Below the pieces are notes generated by a model. The model saw nothing but the letters and a program-made list of their open reading frames with translations. It searched no databases and was not told the DNA's origin. From the sequence record OZ346189.1: 64,000 bases of DNA. One strand, 5' to 3'. The position numbers and the translations under genes are program-made. Source of the stretch: a phage. Below, in pieces: positions 1 to 9,710 of the stretch. The stretch's first letter is position 1. Every line of letters begins with the position of its first letter.

Positions 1-1
1 C

Positions 2-325
2 GGCGTTAGTTTCAAAAATGGGAAAAAACCAGAAGCGCTTTTGAAGCGAATTTTCGAAATGTGTACGCGAGAAGGCGATTTGGTATTGGATTCATTCGGT
101 GGTTCGGGAACTACTGCTGCTGTAGCTCACAAGATGAAAAGACGTTGGATCTCAATCGAGCTAGGTGATCATTGTCATACCCATATTATTCCGCGCTTGG
201 AAAAAGTGATCGATGGTGAAGATCAAGGTGGTATTTCTAAGTCTGTAAACTGGGAAGGTGGTGGTGGCTTCCGCTATTACAAACTTACCCCGACCTTAAT
301 TGCGAAAGATAAGTCTGACCAATAA
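2..325 (+). CDS. DNA methyltransferase, C-terminal part (5' end lies upstream of window)
   Basis: Frame open from window edge; ...KPEALLKRIFEMCTREGDLVLDSFGGSGTTAAVAHKMKRRWISIE carries the AdoMet-binding D-x-F-x-G-x-G-T-T motif of beta-class N6A/N4C DNA MTases; stop TAA 323-325. Confidence 0.6.
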   Translation, partial: GVSFKNGKKPEALLKRIFEMCTREGDLVLDSFGGSGTTAAVAHKMKRRWISIELGDHCHTHIIPRLEKVIDGEDQGGISKSVNWEGGGGFRYYKLTPTLIAKDKSDQ

Positions 326-338
326 AGAGTACAATCAA

Positions 339-644
339 ATGATGAAACGTTATAAACCATACACTTTTGAAATCGATTTCGAACTTGACGATATGTTCAC
401 TGTGGAAGCTCAGGCAGTTGTCCAGTTGCCAGACCCAGAGTGCCGTGATTCTGATGTTGACTATTACGGATTTAGACAAATTACCGATGTGCATGTTTAC
501 CACAACGGTGAAGAGGTGGACTTCCACCAACTGCCAAACGATTTGCGACACTCAATTTACAAACGTGCAGCCCGTGAACTAGAGTCCTATCTGGATGCAG
601 CGACGACAGCAGCTGCATTTGCTGAAGAAGTGGGAGGTTTCTGA
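339..644 (+). CDS. hypothetical protein
   Basis: ORF track 300-644; first ATG at 339 (MMKRYKPYTFEIDF...); acidic small protein; weak SD. Confidence 0.4.
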   Translation: MMKRYKPYTFEIDFELDDMFTVEAQAVVQLPDPECRDSDVDYYGFRQITDVHVYHNGEEVDFHQLPNDLRHSIYKRAARELESYLDAATTAAAFAEEVGGF

Positions 645-1039
645 TGATTACAGGTGTGAAGGTTATCCAATACCACTTAACCAAATTGGAAGATGCTGAA
701 AAAGAGCTTGCAGAAGTTCTGAATAGTGGATATACTTTGCTATCATGCGCCTGCTCAGACACCTACGCTGTGTGGACACTTATCCGGAAGGAGGAGCCTG
801 CAGGGATCTTGGTGCCAAACCCTAAGATTATCAGTGAAGTGGATGACTGCTCTCAGGACGGCCTGTCAGAAGGCTGGGAAGTATGGGAAGGTGGTGAAAA
901 CCCTGCACCAGGTAAGTGGGTAAAATACAAACTACGTAGCGGTGCACAGCACGCTGGATACTCTGATAACCTGGACTGGAGTCATTCTTCACCGGAATCA
1001 TTGGTAAGTGCATATGATATCGTTGCTTTTCAGGAATAA
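644..1039 (+). CDS. hypothetical protein
   Basis: 131-aa ORF, start overlaps previous stop (ATGA coupling); no recognisable motif. Confidence 0.45.
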   Translation: MITGVKVIQYHLTKLEDAEKELAEVLNSGYTLLSCACSDTYAVWTLIRKEEPAGILVPNPKIISEVDDCSQDGLSEGWEVWEGGENPAPGKWVKYKLRSGAQHAGYSDNLDWSHSSPESLVSAYDIVAFQE

Positions 1040-1051
1040 GGAGAGAGTGTT

Positions 1052-1534
1052 ATGTCAGATTTTATGTGGAAAGTAGGTTATGCCTCTCCTGAAATGTGCG
1101 AGGCTTGCTTTGTAAAAATAGGCCGCGAGGATATTGACAAAGTGATCTTTAAGTTTCGTGATGTATCTGTGATCGGCAACCGAGTGCTTAAGCACTTAAA
1201 GAATCTGAAGCTCACCAAAAAGAAGTTCTTCGGACTTTTCGAAGAGAAAGTTGATGCTTGGACCCATTGCATTCAGGAAGCTAAATCTCACTACAGTGCT
1301 ATCGTTACCCCAGAACGGGTAGCCAAGATGGAAGGATTCATCAACAGCACAGAGTTTGAGTGCCTAAAGGCTGCCCTTAATAGTTATCCAAAGTGCCTCA
1401 AACACCTTGACAAGTATGTAGAAAAGGATGGGGAAATGTACCTAACCCTGGACGCATATTATGAGATGCAAGAAATTTTAAATTTAGATTTGACATTGGT
1501 ATCCACCGAGTATACAATAGGTATCCGGGTTTAA
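1052..1534 (+). CDS. hypothetical protein
   Basis: 160-aa ORF preceded by AAGGAGAG SD; followed by terminator hairpin. Confidence 0.55.
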   Translation: MSDFMWKVGYASPEMCEACFVKIGREDIDKVIFKFRDVSVIGNRVLKHLKNLKLTKKKFFGLFEEKVDAWTHCIQEAKSHYSAIVTPERVAKMEGFINSTEFECLKAALNSYPKCLKHLDKYVEKDGEMYLTLDAYYEMQEILNLDLTLVSTEYTIGIRV

Positions 1535-1540
1535 CACTAG

Positions 1541-1567
1541 GCCCTGCCCGAAAGGGTGGGGCTTTTT
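1541..1567 (+). terminator. rho-independent terminator
   Basis: GCCCTGCCC-GAAA-GGGTGGGGC stem-loop (two G-U wobbles) followed by TTTTT; near-identical copy at 12924-12951. Confidence 0.6.
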
Positions 1568-1585
1568 GCATTAGGAGACAGCAAA

Positions 1586-2350
1586 TTGAAATTCATCTAC
1601 AAAGAACACTACCACAAAGGTGTTGTGTGGAGTCTATTTGACGGGTCTGGTGGTGCAGTTATTGACTGGGCAAAAGCTGGGTACCTGTGCCTGTGCTTTA
1701 ATGCAGAAGGTGCTGACCACGGCAGTTATGCAGAGGTGATAACCGATCATCCTAACATTCACTATGTGGATTATTGGATTGACCCATGGTTCCCTCAGGA
1801 AACTTTTTGCATGTATCCAGCTCCAGACTTTATTCTTGCATTTCCTCCGTGCACGCATTTAGCGGTATCAGGTGCTGCACATTTTAAGAAAAAGCTGGCT
1901 AAGGATCCTTTGATCCAAATTAATGCTGTAAAGGATGCTCGGGTTGCGGAAGAGTTGGGAGAGATTTACGATTGCCCGTGGCATGTAGAGAATCCTGTAG
2001 GGGTTATGTCCACACTGTGGCGAAAACCTGATTACCGTTTTCATCCTTCGGATTATGGTGGGTATTTACCGGAGGATGATGTAAACCCCTGGTTTCCTGA
2101 ATTTATAGCTCCACGTGATGCCTACCCAAAAATAACTTGCGGCTGGATAGGCAATGGATTTATAATCCCGGCCACAAAACCTGTCCCGCAAATAGTTGAC
2201 GCGGTTAGCGGGTATTCCATGCAACACGCCAAGCTGGGTGGAAAGAGTGCAAGAACGAAGATGATCCGAAGCCTCACGCCACGTGGCTGGGCAAAAGCCG
2301 TATTCTTAGCAAACGAGCCTGTAGTAAGGAGCAGAATTAATGGGAAGTAA
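1586..2350 (+). CDS. C5-cytosine DNA methyltransferase-like protein
   Basis: ORF track 1556-2350 but 5' end overlaps terminator; TTG 1586 with AGGAGA SD 1573-1578; motifs FDGSGG (motif I-like), PPCT..S.AG (PC motif, Q replaced by T) and VENPVG (ENV-like). Confidence 0.45.
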   Translation: MKFIYKEHYHKGVVWSLFDGSGGAVIDWAKAGYLCLCFNAEGADHGSYAEVITDHPNIHYVDYWIDPWFPQETFCMYPAPDFILAFPPCTHLAVSGAAHFKKKLAKDPLIQINAVKDARVAEELGEIYDCPWHVENPVGVMSTLWRKPDYRFHPSDYGGYLPEDDVNPWFPEFIAPRDAYPKITCGWIGNGFIIPATKPVPQIVDAVSGYSMQHAKLGGKSARTKMIRSLTPRGWAKAVFLANEPVVRSRINGK

Positions 2351-4418
2351 ATTTATGGCATCTGCATACAACCGTTTCGGTGAGCCAAACCCGAAAGCAA
2401 TTAAGTATAAAAGTGGGGGAAGTGTGAAACGAGACTATCGTGATGAAAAAGAGGTTGAAACTGTAGAGACTGTTTTAGAAAATACTAAAATCGTCCCTGT
2501 CCCACAACAAAATATCGGTCTGATGGCTGCACAATATTTTGGTGTGCGATCAGCATTGTCCCAAGAAGACGGTGTGACAGTCACTGCAACATATTTCCCA
2601 TATTACGACCGATACGGAAATCTGTCCGGTTTCAAAAAGCGTGACTGGACTATTCCTAAAGAACAAAGGGGCCACTTCTCCGTTGTTGGCATAGTAAAGG
2701 CCAACTCCCAGATGTTTGGTCAAAAGCTGTGTGCATCTTCCAACAACCGTAAGCAGATTAACGTTTGTGAGGGAGAAGGTGATGTTATTGCAGCATGGCA
2801 GGCTGCATATCAGATACAAGTAAAAGGGATTCTCACCAACGCTAAAGCCCCGGCAAAGGTGAAGCAGTGGGCTAAAGAGGTCCAGGACGGGATCGACGCA
2901 GTTATCAACGGTGGTGATCTGGCAGGAAAACCCTGCCTGCCTTTTGTTGGAATTAACTGTGGATGTGCAAACGCAGTAGATACTTTTGCAAACAATGAGA
3001 AGTTTATCCGTAGCTATGGAACAGTTGTGCTGGCAATGGATAACGATGCAGCTAACGAGGTAGAGAAGCAAAAACACGTCATTAAAGGTGTTGAGGCCAC
3101 GCACAATATCGCAGCATTTTTGATGGCTGATAACGTTTACCACGTAGAATACCCTGGTGAAGTAAATGACCCTGACGGGGTAAAAGATATCCGTGACATG
3201 CTGAAGGCTAAAAAGCTGGAAGATATTGTCAACATGTTCCGGCACCCTGTTAAATATGTGCCTGATGCTGTGTCGGATTTAGAAGACTTCTCTATCGAGT
3301 CTTTGCGGAAAAAGACTTCCAACGGGGTAGATATCAGCGCAGAGTTCCCAAAACTGCAAAAAATGCTAAAAGGCTTGCACAAAGGGACACTCGTAATGCT
3401 TACAGGGCCATCAGGGGGCGGTAAAACAACTGTAGCTAAAAAACTGGAACATTGTATTGCAAGATACCTAATGGACCCGACATGCCCGAAGGCTGATGAC
3501 TATGAAGAGGATGATCGTCTATGTATGATCCATCTTGAGGAGGACCCAGAGGAAGCAATTAACTCCTTGTATGCAAACCAGTTAGGGTTTGATGTTAAAG
3601 AGTTTGTTGAAGATCCTAGCCAGTTTTTAACTGATCAAGAACACGCAGAGATTCACCAATCATGGGCAAAAGCTGGAAAAATCAAAGTGTTCAAACATTT
3701 CGGATCTATTCCGGTGGACGAGTTGATTACCAAGCTTAAGCAAATGGTTTGCCTGTACCATTGCCGTTATATTGTGCTGGATCACCTATCCATGGTAATT
3801 TCAGGGCTTAATGTTAAGGATGAGCGAAAAGAACTGGACATGGCTATGACTCAGCTGGCTGCGTTTTGTAAGCAGTTTAACGTGTTTATCTTGGTGATCG
3901 CTCACCTCAAACGTACAGAGATTGTGCCTCCTAAGGACAAGGATGGTAACCCGTTACCTTTCTGGTATCCTGTGCGAAAAGAGAATTTGCGAGGATCGGC
4001 GGGGCTTGAACAGTTGAGTTGGGTAGTCATAGGTGTCGAGGCCGAAGAAATGGTGGATCGTTCTCGTGGACGTGTCCGTCTGGTAGGTCTTAAAAACCGT
4101 CCAGCAAAAACTCTAGGTATTGCTGACACTTTGGTTATGGACCCGCACACAGGTAAGTTCCATGATGCCAGTAATTGGTACTGGGACAAAGAAATGCAAA
4201 TGTTTACAGACGGAGAAGGTGGGGAGGTTGTTTGGAGACCTCAGGCTATGTTTGAGGATCAGGAGCATGCAGTTGTAGAAACACCTATGGGCAAGGTTGT
4301 GGCTGATAAGGTTGTAACTCCTACTGTTAAGCCTGTTGACACGCAGGAAGACCTCCAGTACGATGATCCATCCTCTGACCCGGTCCCTGGTTTTGAGGAT
4401 GATGAAACGCCTTTTTAA
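2340..4418 (+). CDS. bifunctional primase-helicase (toprim primase + DnaB-family helicase)
   Basis: 692 aa; toprim-like VCEGEGDVIAAW, Walker A GPSGGGKTT, RecA/DnaB-like C-terminal domain; acidic C-terminal tail ...GFEDDETPF. Confidence 0.8.
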   Translation: MGSKFMASAYNRFGEPNPKAIKYKSGGSVKRDYRDEKEVETVETVLENTKIVPVPQQNIGLMAAQYFGVRSALSQEDGVTVTATYFPYYDRYGNLSGFKKRDWTIPKEQRGHFSVVGIVKANSQMFGQKLCASSNNRKQINVCEGEGDVIAAWQAAYQIQVKGILTNAKAPAKVKQWAKEVQDGIDAVINGGDLAGKPCLPFVGINCGCANAVDTFANNEKFIRSYGTVVLAMDNDAANEVEKQKHVIKGVEATHNIAAFLMADNVYHVEYPGEVNDPDGVKDIRDMLKAKKLEDIVNMFRHPVKYVPDAVSDLEDFSIESLRKKTSNGVDISAEFPKLQKMLKGLHKGTLVMLTGPSGGGKTTVAKKLEHCIARYLMDPTCPKADDYEEDDRLCMIHLEEDPEEAINSLYANQLGFDVKEFVEDPSQFLTDQEHAEIHQSWAKAGKIKVFKHFGSIPVDELITKLKQMVCLYHCRYIVLDHLSMVISGLNVKDERKELDMAMTQLAAFCKQFNVFILVIAHLKRTEIVPPKDKDGNPLPFWYPVRKENLRGSAGLEQLSWVVIGVEAEEMVDRSRGRVRLVGLKNRPAKTLGIADTLVMDPHTGKFHDASNWYWDKEMQMFTDGEGGEVVWRPQAMFEDQEHAVVETPMGKVVADKVVTPTVKPVDTQEDLQYDDPSSDPVPGFEDDETPF

Positions 4419-4480
4419 TGTTTAACAAAGAGTGGGAGGGGTAGTACAACCGCCTCCCCTTTAAGGAGAACGTTTATACT

Positions 4481-7400
4481 ATGAGTATGTGGAATTTTGA
4501 CTTTGAGGCCTCAGGTCTTCTGGACGAGGAAGATCTTTACTACCATTGTGGCCTGTTTAAAGAGTTGAATAAAAATAATTTTATGTTGTTTTTGCCTATC
4601 AATGATAGATCTCATTACAGTGAAGAGGAGGTTGAAAAAGCAAAACAATTTATGCTGGCAAAGCAAGATATCTATCCTAGCTGCTCTGTCCGTATTGCGG
4701 ATTTCAGCCAGCTTGAATGGTGGTTAACCGGGAACTCCGATTGGTCACCCACATCATTAAGTTGTCACAACTGTTTTAGTTATGACTTTATCTTGATGGA
4801 GAAGCTGTCTGGTATTCATTTTGATATGTTCCGTGATCCCAAGTGTATGGGGACAATCAATAATCATCAGGTGAACCTGTTCGACACTCTGCCAATGAGT
4901 CGTATACTATGGCCCGACAGACCGTTACCTAAAGGATGCCCTGATTCTGTATACAATCCTGTTACAAAACGTATGCAGCAGGTAGGTCCTCATGGCCTAA
5001 TGGCGTGGGGGTACGCTTTAGGAAACCAGAAGGTTAAAATTGATGACTGGAGAAATTTACCTCTGTGGAAGTATGTTGATCGTGTATTCGAGGACGTTAT
5101 CATCCAGGAGCTGCTCTGGAAAGAGCTGGTAGCGGAATCAAAAGGTGTATTCTACGGCAAATCTGACATGCAGAACTTTATGTACGATCCAGCCAAAGAG
5201 AAGCCGAAAGGGTTCAAGAAGATTACCTGGAAGAATGCATTACGCCGAGGCATGCTGCAGCACTTCCTGATGGAGCTGCAGGCCCGTCAGGGTGTATACT
5301 TCGACATAGATGGAGCTATTGCTTTACGTGACCGTTGCGATGCGTGGATGAAAGAAATCGCTGATCGTGTTGAACCACAACTACCTTTAAAAGAGCTGTC
5401 AATGTCTCAGCGGCCCAAGTTCCCTGAAAAGCCGTTTAACCAAGACGGGACAATCTCTAATAATGGTTGGAAATGGTTAAAAGATAAGCTTGGCTATCCT
5501 GTAGACATGAGTGCTTTAGAGTTCAAAGCCCCGCCTAAGCGAGCATTTACCTCTACAGGAGATGTCAGCAAGATGGGGATAAAATGGTGTGAAGAGATGG
5601 GCTGCAAAGACCCCGATAAGATGGCTGATTTCTTGAGAGGCTATATTAAGGGCACCTCCACACCACAACCCTTACCTAAAGAGCTGATGGATCAGGCAAT
5701 AAGTGATCTGCAGCAGAAGCGAATGCCTGACTGCAAGATACCTATGAAAATCAGCAATCAGGACGACATCAAGCGATACCTAATCAGTGCTGGTTGGCTC
5801 CCAACAATGTGGAGAACTAAAGATGTAACTAAAGACAGCAAGAAGAAAGCTTTACCTGATGCAGATGTTGATGCACGAGTATATGCATATATGGACGAGC
5901 TTTTGGAGTCAGAGTATTGTGACCTAATTATCAACTTCTGGAACAAAACTGATGCTAAGTTCCAGACAACCGTGCACAAGTTCCGAAGCTTTCCTAACTC
6001 CGAAAGGATTAAAAAGGAAGTATTCGGGAAAATACGTAGAAAAGCCAGGGCACTTATTACTTCTCCGCAACTGAAAGATACGTTTGGACACCTATGCCCA
6101 AATCTTGAAAAATTGAACGGAGAGATGGCTAAAGATATCGTCTTGTGGTTATCATTGCGAAACCGCAGATCGGTCCTTGATCCAATCAAGGAGGATAAGG
6201 TTGATACTGGTCTTCTTAATCACCCACGTTTGAAGATTGACCATAAGCTTCCTGCTAAAAGCTCTGGATTAACAAACACTTCCAGACAGAAACACAGTAT
6301 TTGTGCAAACATGCCTAAACCATCTCCTAAAGTGGTTATGGGTAAAGAGATGCGTAGTCTGTGGGGTGTTCCTCCGGGATACTTTGAGATCGGTATTGAC
6401 GGGTCCAACTTAGAGCAGCTTATCGGGGCTTGGGGTGCCTTTGAGTTCGACAACGGCCTGTATTATGATGTTGTAAGTAATGGCGATGCACACTGTTATT
6501 CAGGAGATACACAAATTCTCACGGAGAAAGGGTGGGTGAGGTTTGAAGATCTTGATCCGGGAACACAAGTGTTCCAGTACGATCACAACACCTCGTCAAT
6601 GAACCTTGTTACTCCATTAAATTACGTTAAGCGTAGTTATTGTGGGGATATGTATCATTTCCACAACAGTAGTGTGGATTTTATGGTTACAGATCAACAC
6701 AGGATGCTGACTGTGGATCACAGAAGCAATAAATTGTTTGAAGATTTGGCAAAAGACCTGAAAGCAGGTAAAGGGTCTAATTCAGGAAGAAGGTTTATCC
6801 ATGCGGCAGAGTTTTATGGGAATACAACCTTATCTCCTGCCCAGGTTAATTTGCTTATTGCTATTCACGATGATGGGCACTTGCATACAAATAAGGACGG
6901 CAGCATCGTGTGCAGGATTCAGGTCGGAAAGGGAAGAAAAGTTGCAACGCTTTTAGATACTTTTTCTGCTCTAAGCCTTAGTTATGTAGAGCAGAGCGGG
7001 AAAACCACAAAAGGGGGCTTACTGGCGAGAAGGTTCCAATTCCACGTTCCGTCCTGGGTATTTGAGTTTTTGGACAACAATAAGGATTTCACCTATAACC
7101 TGATGAACCTTGATAAAGAATCTAAAAACCTGTTTATAGCTTCTTTATCTAACTGGGACGGGTGGGTATCTTCCGAAGGTGGAAAGGTTGCTTACTACTC
7201 CCAGGCCGAGTGCAGGAAGAAATCTGTAGAGGTGGTGTCTGCGCTGGCTACTCAGTGTGGTTTACGGAATAATACGGTGGCGATTCACAAAAAAGGTCGT
7301 GCCGTGCAGCACAGAATCACAATTGGTAGCAAACAGAGAGCAGGGTTGCTGACACTATCTAAAGAGTCTGTCGAGGTGAGCGGTTCTTTGGTTTATTGCG

Positions 7401-7879
7401 TTACCGTCCCTTCTGGAGCAATCATTGTGAGAAGGAATGGTAAAGTGGCAGTGTGCGGTAACTGTAATAACGCCAAAGCTTACTCTTCTGTAGCAGGCAA
7501 GGAGATTTCCCGTAACGATGGTAAACCTATCACGTATGGGGTTATGTATGGGGCACAAAAAGATAAAGTTGCAGATATGCTGGACATCTCCCCAGAGTTG
7601 GGACAAAGGGTAATCGATGCACTCTGGGATGCCAACCCAGGTCTTAAGGGGCGCAAAGAGGATCTGGAGAAATTCTGGGAAGCAACAGGTAAGAAGTTTA
7701 TCTACTCTTTTGATGGTCATGCTATCTGGACCCGATCTAAACACTCTTTACTTAATGCATACCAACAAAATGGCGGTGCATCGTTGTGTGACTTAGTTGG
7801 AATACTCATGCACCACCAGATGGTGAAGCGTGGGTGGTACGATGAAGGTGTTCGTCGTATTATTTATTACCATAAATAA
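4481..7879 (+). CDS. DNA polymerase, family A (Pol I/T7 gp5-like), N-terminal and catalytic part; contains an intein; interrupted before C-terminus
   Basis: SD AAGGAGAA; motif A IDGSNLEQL, Pol I-like DAH segment, motif B SRNDGKPITYGVMYG, Q..G.A.D segment QQNGGASLCD and HDE-like WYDE near end; stop TAA 7877-7879. Confidence 0.85.
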   Translation: MSMWNFDFEASGLLDEEDLYYHCGLFKELNKNNFMLFLPINDRSHYSEEEVEKAKQFMLAKQDIYPSCSVRIADFSQLEWWLTGNSDWSPTSLSCHNCFSYDFILMEKLSGIHFDMFRDPKCMGTINNHQVNLFDTLPMSRILWPDRPLPKGCPDSVYNPVTKRMQQVGPHGLMAWGYALGNQKVKIDDWRNLPLWKYVDRVFEDVIIQELLWKELVAESKGVFYGKSDMQNFMYDPAKEKPKGFKKITWKNALRRGMLQHFLMELQARQGVYFDIDGAIALRDRCDAWMKEIADRVEPQLPLKELSMSQRPKFPEKPFNQDGTISNNGWKWLKDKLGYPVDMSALEFKAPPKRAFTSTGDVSKMGIKWCEEMGCKDPDKMADFLRGYIKGTSTPQPLPKELMDQAISDLQQKRMPDCKIPMKISNQDDIKRYLISAGWLPTMWRTKDVTKDSKKKALPDADVDARVYAYMDELLESEYCDLIINFWNKTDAKFQTTVHKFRSFPNSERIKKEVFGKIRRKARALITSPQLKDTFGHLCPNLEKLNGEMAKDIVLWLSLRNRRSVLDPIKEDKVDTGLLNHPRLKIDHKLPAKSSGLTNTSRQKHSICANMPKPSPKVVMGKEMRSLWGVPPGYFEIGIDGSNLEQLIGAWGAFEFDNGLYYDVVSNGDAHCYSGDTQILTEKGWVRFEDLDPGTQVFQYDHNTSSMNLVTPLNYVKRSYCGDMYHFHNSSVDFMVTDQHRMLTVDHRSNKLFEDLAKDLKAGKGSNSGRRFIHAAEFYGNTTLSPAQVNLLIAIHDDGHLHTNKDGSIVCRIQVGKGRKVATLLDTFSALSLSYVEQSGKTTKGGLLARRFQFHVPSWVFEFLDNNKDFTYNLMNLDKESKNLFIASLSNWDGWVSSEGGKVAYYSQAECRKKSVEVVSALATQCGLRNNTVAIHKKGRAVQHRITIGSKQRAGLLTLSKESVEVSGSLVYCVTVPSGAIIVRRNGKVAVCGNCNNAKAYSSVAGKEISRNDGKPITYGVMYGAQKDKVADMLDISPELGQRVIDALWDANPGLKGRKEDLEKFWEATGKKFIYSFDGHAIWTRSKHSLLNAYQQNGGASLCDLVGILMHHQMVKRGWYDEGVRRIIYYHK
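6494..7462 (+). mobile_element. intein with LAGLIDADG-type homing endonuclease domain inside DNA polymerase
   Basis: 323 in-frame codons between Pol motifs A and B; starts CYSGDTQIL (block A), TDQH (block B), LLIAIHDDGH and LFIASLSNWDGW (LAGLIDADG-like), ends ...LVYCVTV...VAVCGN followed by Cys +1. Confidence 0.7.
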
Positions 7880-8377
7880 CATTGTGGCTTCATAGAGTAA
7901 TCTATGTCGAATAACCTCTTTAACTGCGGGAAGCCTAAACCTTATGGCAAGGTAATCCGCAACGAAGCGCTCAAAAGAGCGAACGCTCAGAGGCCATTCC
8001 GAAAGGAAGTAGACCAGCAAGTGCGGTCGAAATGGGAGGATTCCTGTGGTTGCTTATCATAGGAATATGAGATGGTCCGATCCTACGTGAAAACGTATGG
8101 CTATGCACGTAATGGTGCGGGGTAGCTTAACGACCTACCTGAACTATTGGATGAGTACCAACTTCAAGTGCCTGACACACCGAAGTATAAGACTGTGTAC
8201 ACCTTCGACACAATTGAAGAACTGGAAGCATTTAAGGCAGAGCAGGAAGCCAAACTTCATGTGTTCGACGGTCATAAGTACAAAAAGGCACGCAAGGATG
8301 AGGACGGAAACGAAGTGGTTGACAGAGACGGAAACACGGTGTACGATCCTATCCTGAACGATGACGGAAAGCTTGAA
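7847..8377 (+). other. intervening sequence in DNA polymerase gene (candidate group I intron; boundaries approximate)
   Basis: In-frame stops at 7877, 7898 and 8060 separate ...GWYDE from the polymerase C-terminus encoded in the same frame from about 8378; no large ORF inside. Confidence 0.4.
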
Positions 8378-8503
8378 CTTATCTGGAGCCCTGTGGGTGA
8401 AATGGTGGTACATTGCTTCTGGCAAGCTTCTAAAATGATGGGAGTCCCGTTCCAGATCACAGGTGAATACTTGTGTGGTCGTAATTGGGGTAATTGTCAC
8501 TAA
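8378..8503 (+). CDS. DNA polymerase C-terminal exon (ORF open from 8147)
   Basis: LIWSPVGEMVVHCFWQASKMMGVPFQITGEYLCGRNWGNCH matches the conserved ...VPL.V..G.NW..AH terminus of Pol I/T7 gp5; same reading frame as 4481-7879. Confidence 0.55.
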   Translation, partial: LIWSPVGEMVVHCFWQASKMMGVPFQITGEYLCGRNWGNCH

Positions 8504-8552
8504 TGTAAACTATCAACACATGGAAGTGTTGTTGAGCAAAGAGGAGACTTTT

Positions 8553-8837
8553 ATGGTAGTAGAACCAACAAAAACATTTACATCCATGACTATCCCTGTT
8601 ATTATGCAGGTGGAGTGTGTTCAGGTATCTCAAGTGTGGCCTGGCACCAAAATCCCAACAGGGCCTGATTTCTTTCAGGTTGGGAAAGTGTACAATGTCT
8701 GGAAGGCACCAGATTGTTACCCTTTCATTAAAGATGACCGTGGGATGCTGTGGTATCTTGGAAATGACTTGACACTGCACCTTGGGAATGCTATTATTGC
8801 AGTATTCAGACTTAACAAGAAGGAGACCGATCAATGA
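8553..8837 (+). CDS. hypothetical protein
   Basis: ORF track 8463-8837; ATG 8553 preceded by GAGGAG SD 8541-8546. Confidence 0.5.
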   Translation: MVVEPTKTFTSMTIPVIMQVECVQVSQVWPGTKIPTGPDFFQVGKVYNVWKAPDCYPFIKDDRGMLWYLGNDLTLHLGNAIIAVFRLNKKETDQ

Positions 8838-9061
8838 CGACTTTGGTTAAAGCCACCTTTGTAGAAGAAAAGATGACAGACATGTCATTCTTTAAAGAAG
8901 GAAAGACCTACGAGGTTTATTCCGATAAAGCTCGTGCAAACAAAATGATTAAAGACGAGGAAGGGGTTGACTGGTATATCTCTCACCTGGCAAACGGTGA
9001 GTATCATATCTACGGAACCACTTTGCTTGCCAAGTTTGTAGTTGTTGAAGAGGACCTATGA
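8834..9061 (+). CDS. hypothetical protein
   Basis: 75 aa; AAGGAG SD; start overlaps upstream stop. Confidence 0.5.
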   Translation: MTTLVKATFVEEKMTDMSFFKEGKTYEVYSDKARANKMIKDEEGVDWYISHLANGEYHIYGTTLLAKFVVVEEDL

Positions 9062-9252
9062 AAGTAAAGTATCTTGCTGAAGGTATGAATAGGTATTTTA
9101 CCCTTGGTGAAGAATATTGGCCCTTTACAAACAACGGCGATGTCTACGTGAAAGATAATTTCGGCACGCCGTGGTTTCTGCACTCTAATGGGCTGGGATA
9201 CTCCATTTACTGCGGTGCAGTGAACAACACAACTCTTGCAGAGTTCGTTTAG
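9058..9252 (+). CDS. hypothetical protein
   Basis: 64 aa; translationally coupled to upstream ORF. Confidence 0.45.
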   Translation: MKVKYLAEGMNRYFTLGEEYWPFTNNGDVYVKDNFGTPWFLHSNGLGYSIYCGAVNNTTLAEFV

Positions 9253-9262
9253 AGGAGGTAGG

Positions 9263-9634
9263 ATGTTAGTAAAAGGTACCCACACAGTCAAACAACGTAT
9301 TGAAGTTGAGATTGATGATTGTGAGCTGAAGCATATTTTACGGTCATGCTCCAACGTTTTGCTCCTTAGTATTCTTCAGGAGCGAGCGGAGAACGAGTTC
9401 TTAAATGCATTGGCAGGCCGTCCCGGTGACTTCTGTGTGCGTAAGCGTGGTGACAACAAGTCGTGGTTGTGGGAGATCGATGCCGACTGGGATTACCACA
9501 AAAATGAGGGTATAGATGAGCCTATTCGTGAACTGACGGACAAAGAGATTCAGATGTACAATGAAGTTTGTCATTGGGCAACACGCCAACAAATTTACCT
9601 AGACCCTGTGTGGCTGATTGAAAATAGTCGTTGA
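9263..9634 (+). CDS. hypothetical protein
   Basis: ORF track 9236-9634; ATG 9263 after GAGGAGG SD. Confidence 0.5.
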   Translation: MLVKGTHTVKQRIEVEIDDCELKHILRSCSNVLLLSILQERAENEFLNALAGRPGDFCVRKRGDNKSWLWEIDADWDYHKNEGIDEPIRELTDKEIQMYNEVCHWATRQQIYLDPVWLIENSR

Positions 9635-9659
9635 CAAGAAGTAAGGTTAGATGTAAGAT
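9631..9659 (+). promoter_or_regulatory. sigma70-like promoter
   Basis: TTGACA 9631-9636, 17-nt spacer, TAAGAT 9654-9659; upstream of CDS 9711. Confidence 0.5.
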
Positions 9660-9710
9660 ACTCCTCACAAACAGAGTATTGATTGTTAAATAATTAAGGA
9701 GACCTCTAAG

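Noticed and set aside
2550-3245. 231-aa antisense ORF inside the primase-helicase gene
   Set aside because: Fully embedded antisense to a well-supported CDS; Cys-rich low-complexity translation; no SD
8147-8377. Upstream part of ORF 8147-8503 as an independent protein-coding segment
   Set aside because: In frame with the polymerase C-terminal exon and protein-like in composition, but the HDE-like motif and C-terminal alignment place the exon start near 8378; kept as unresolved under the intron model rather than called as a gene
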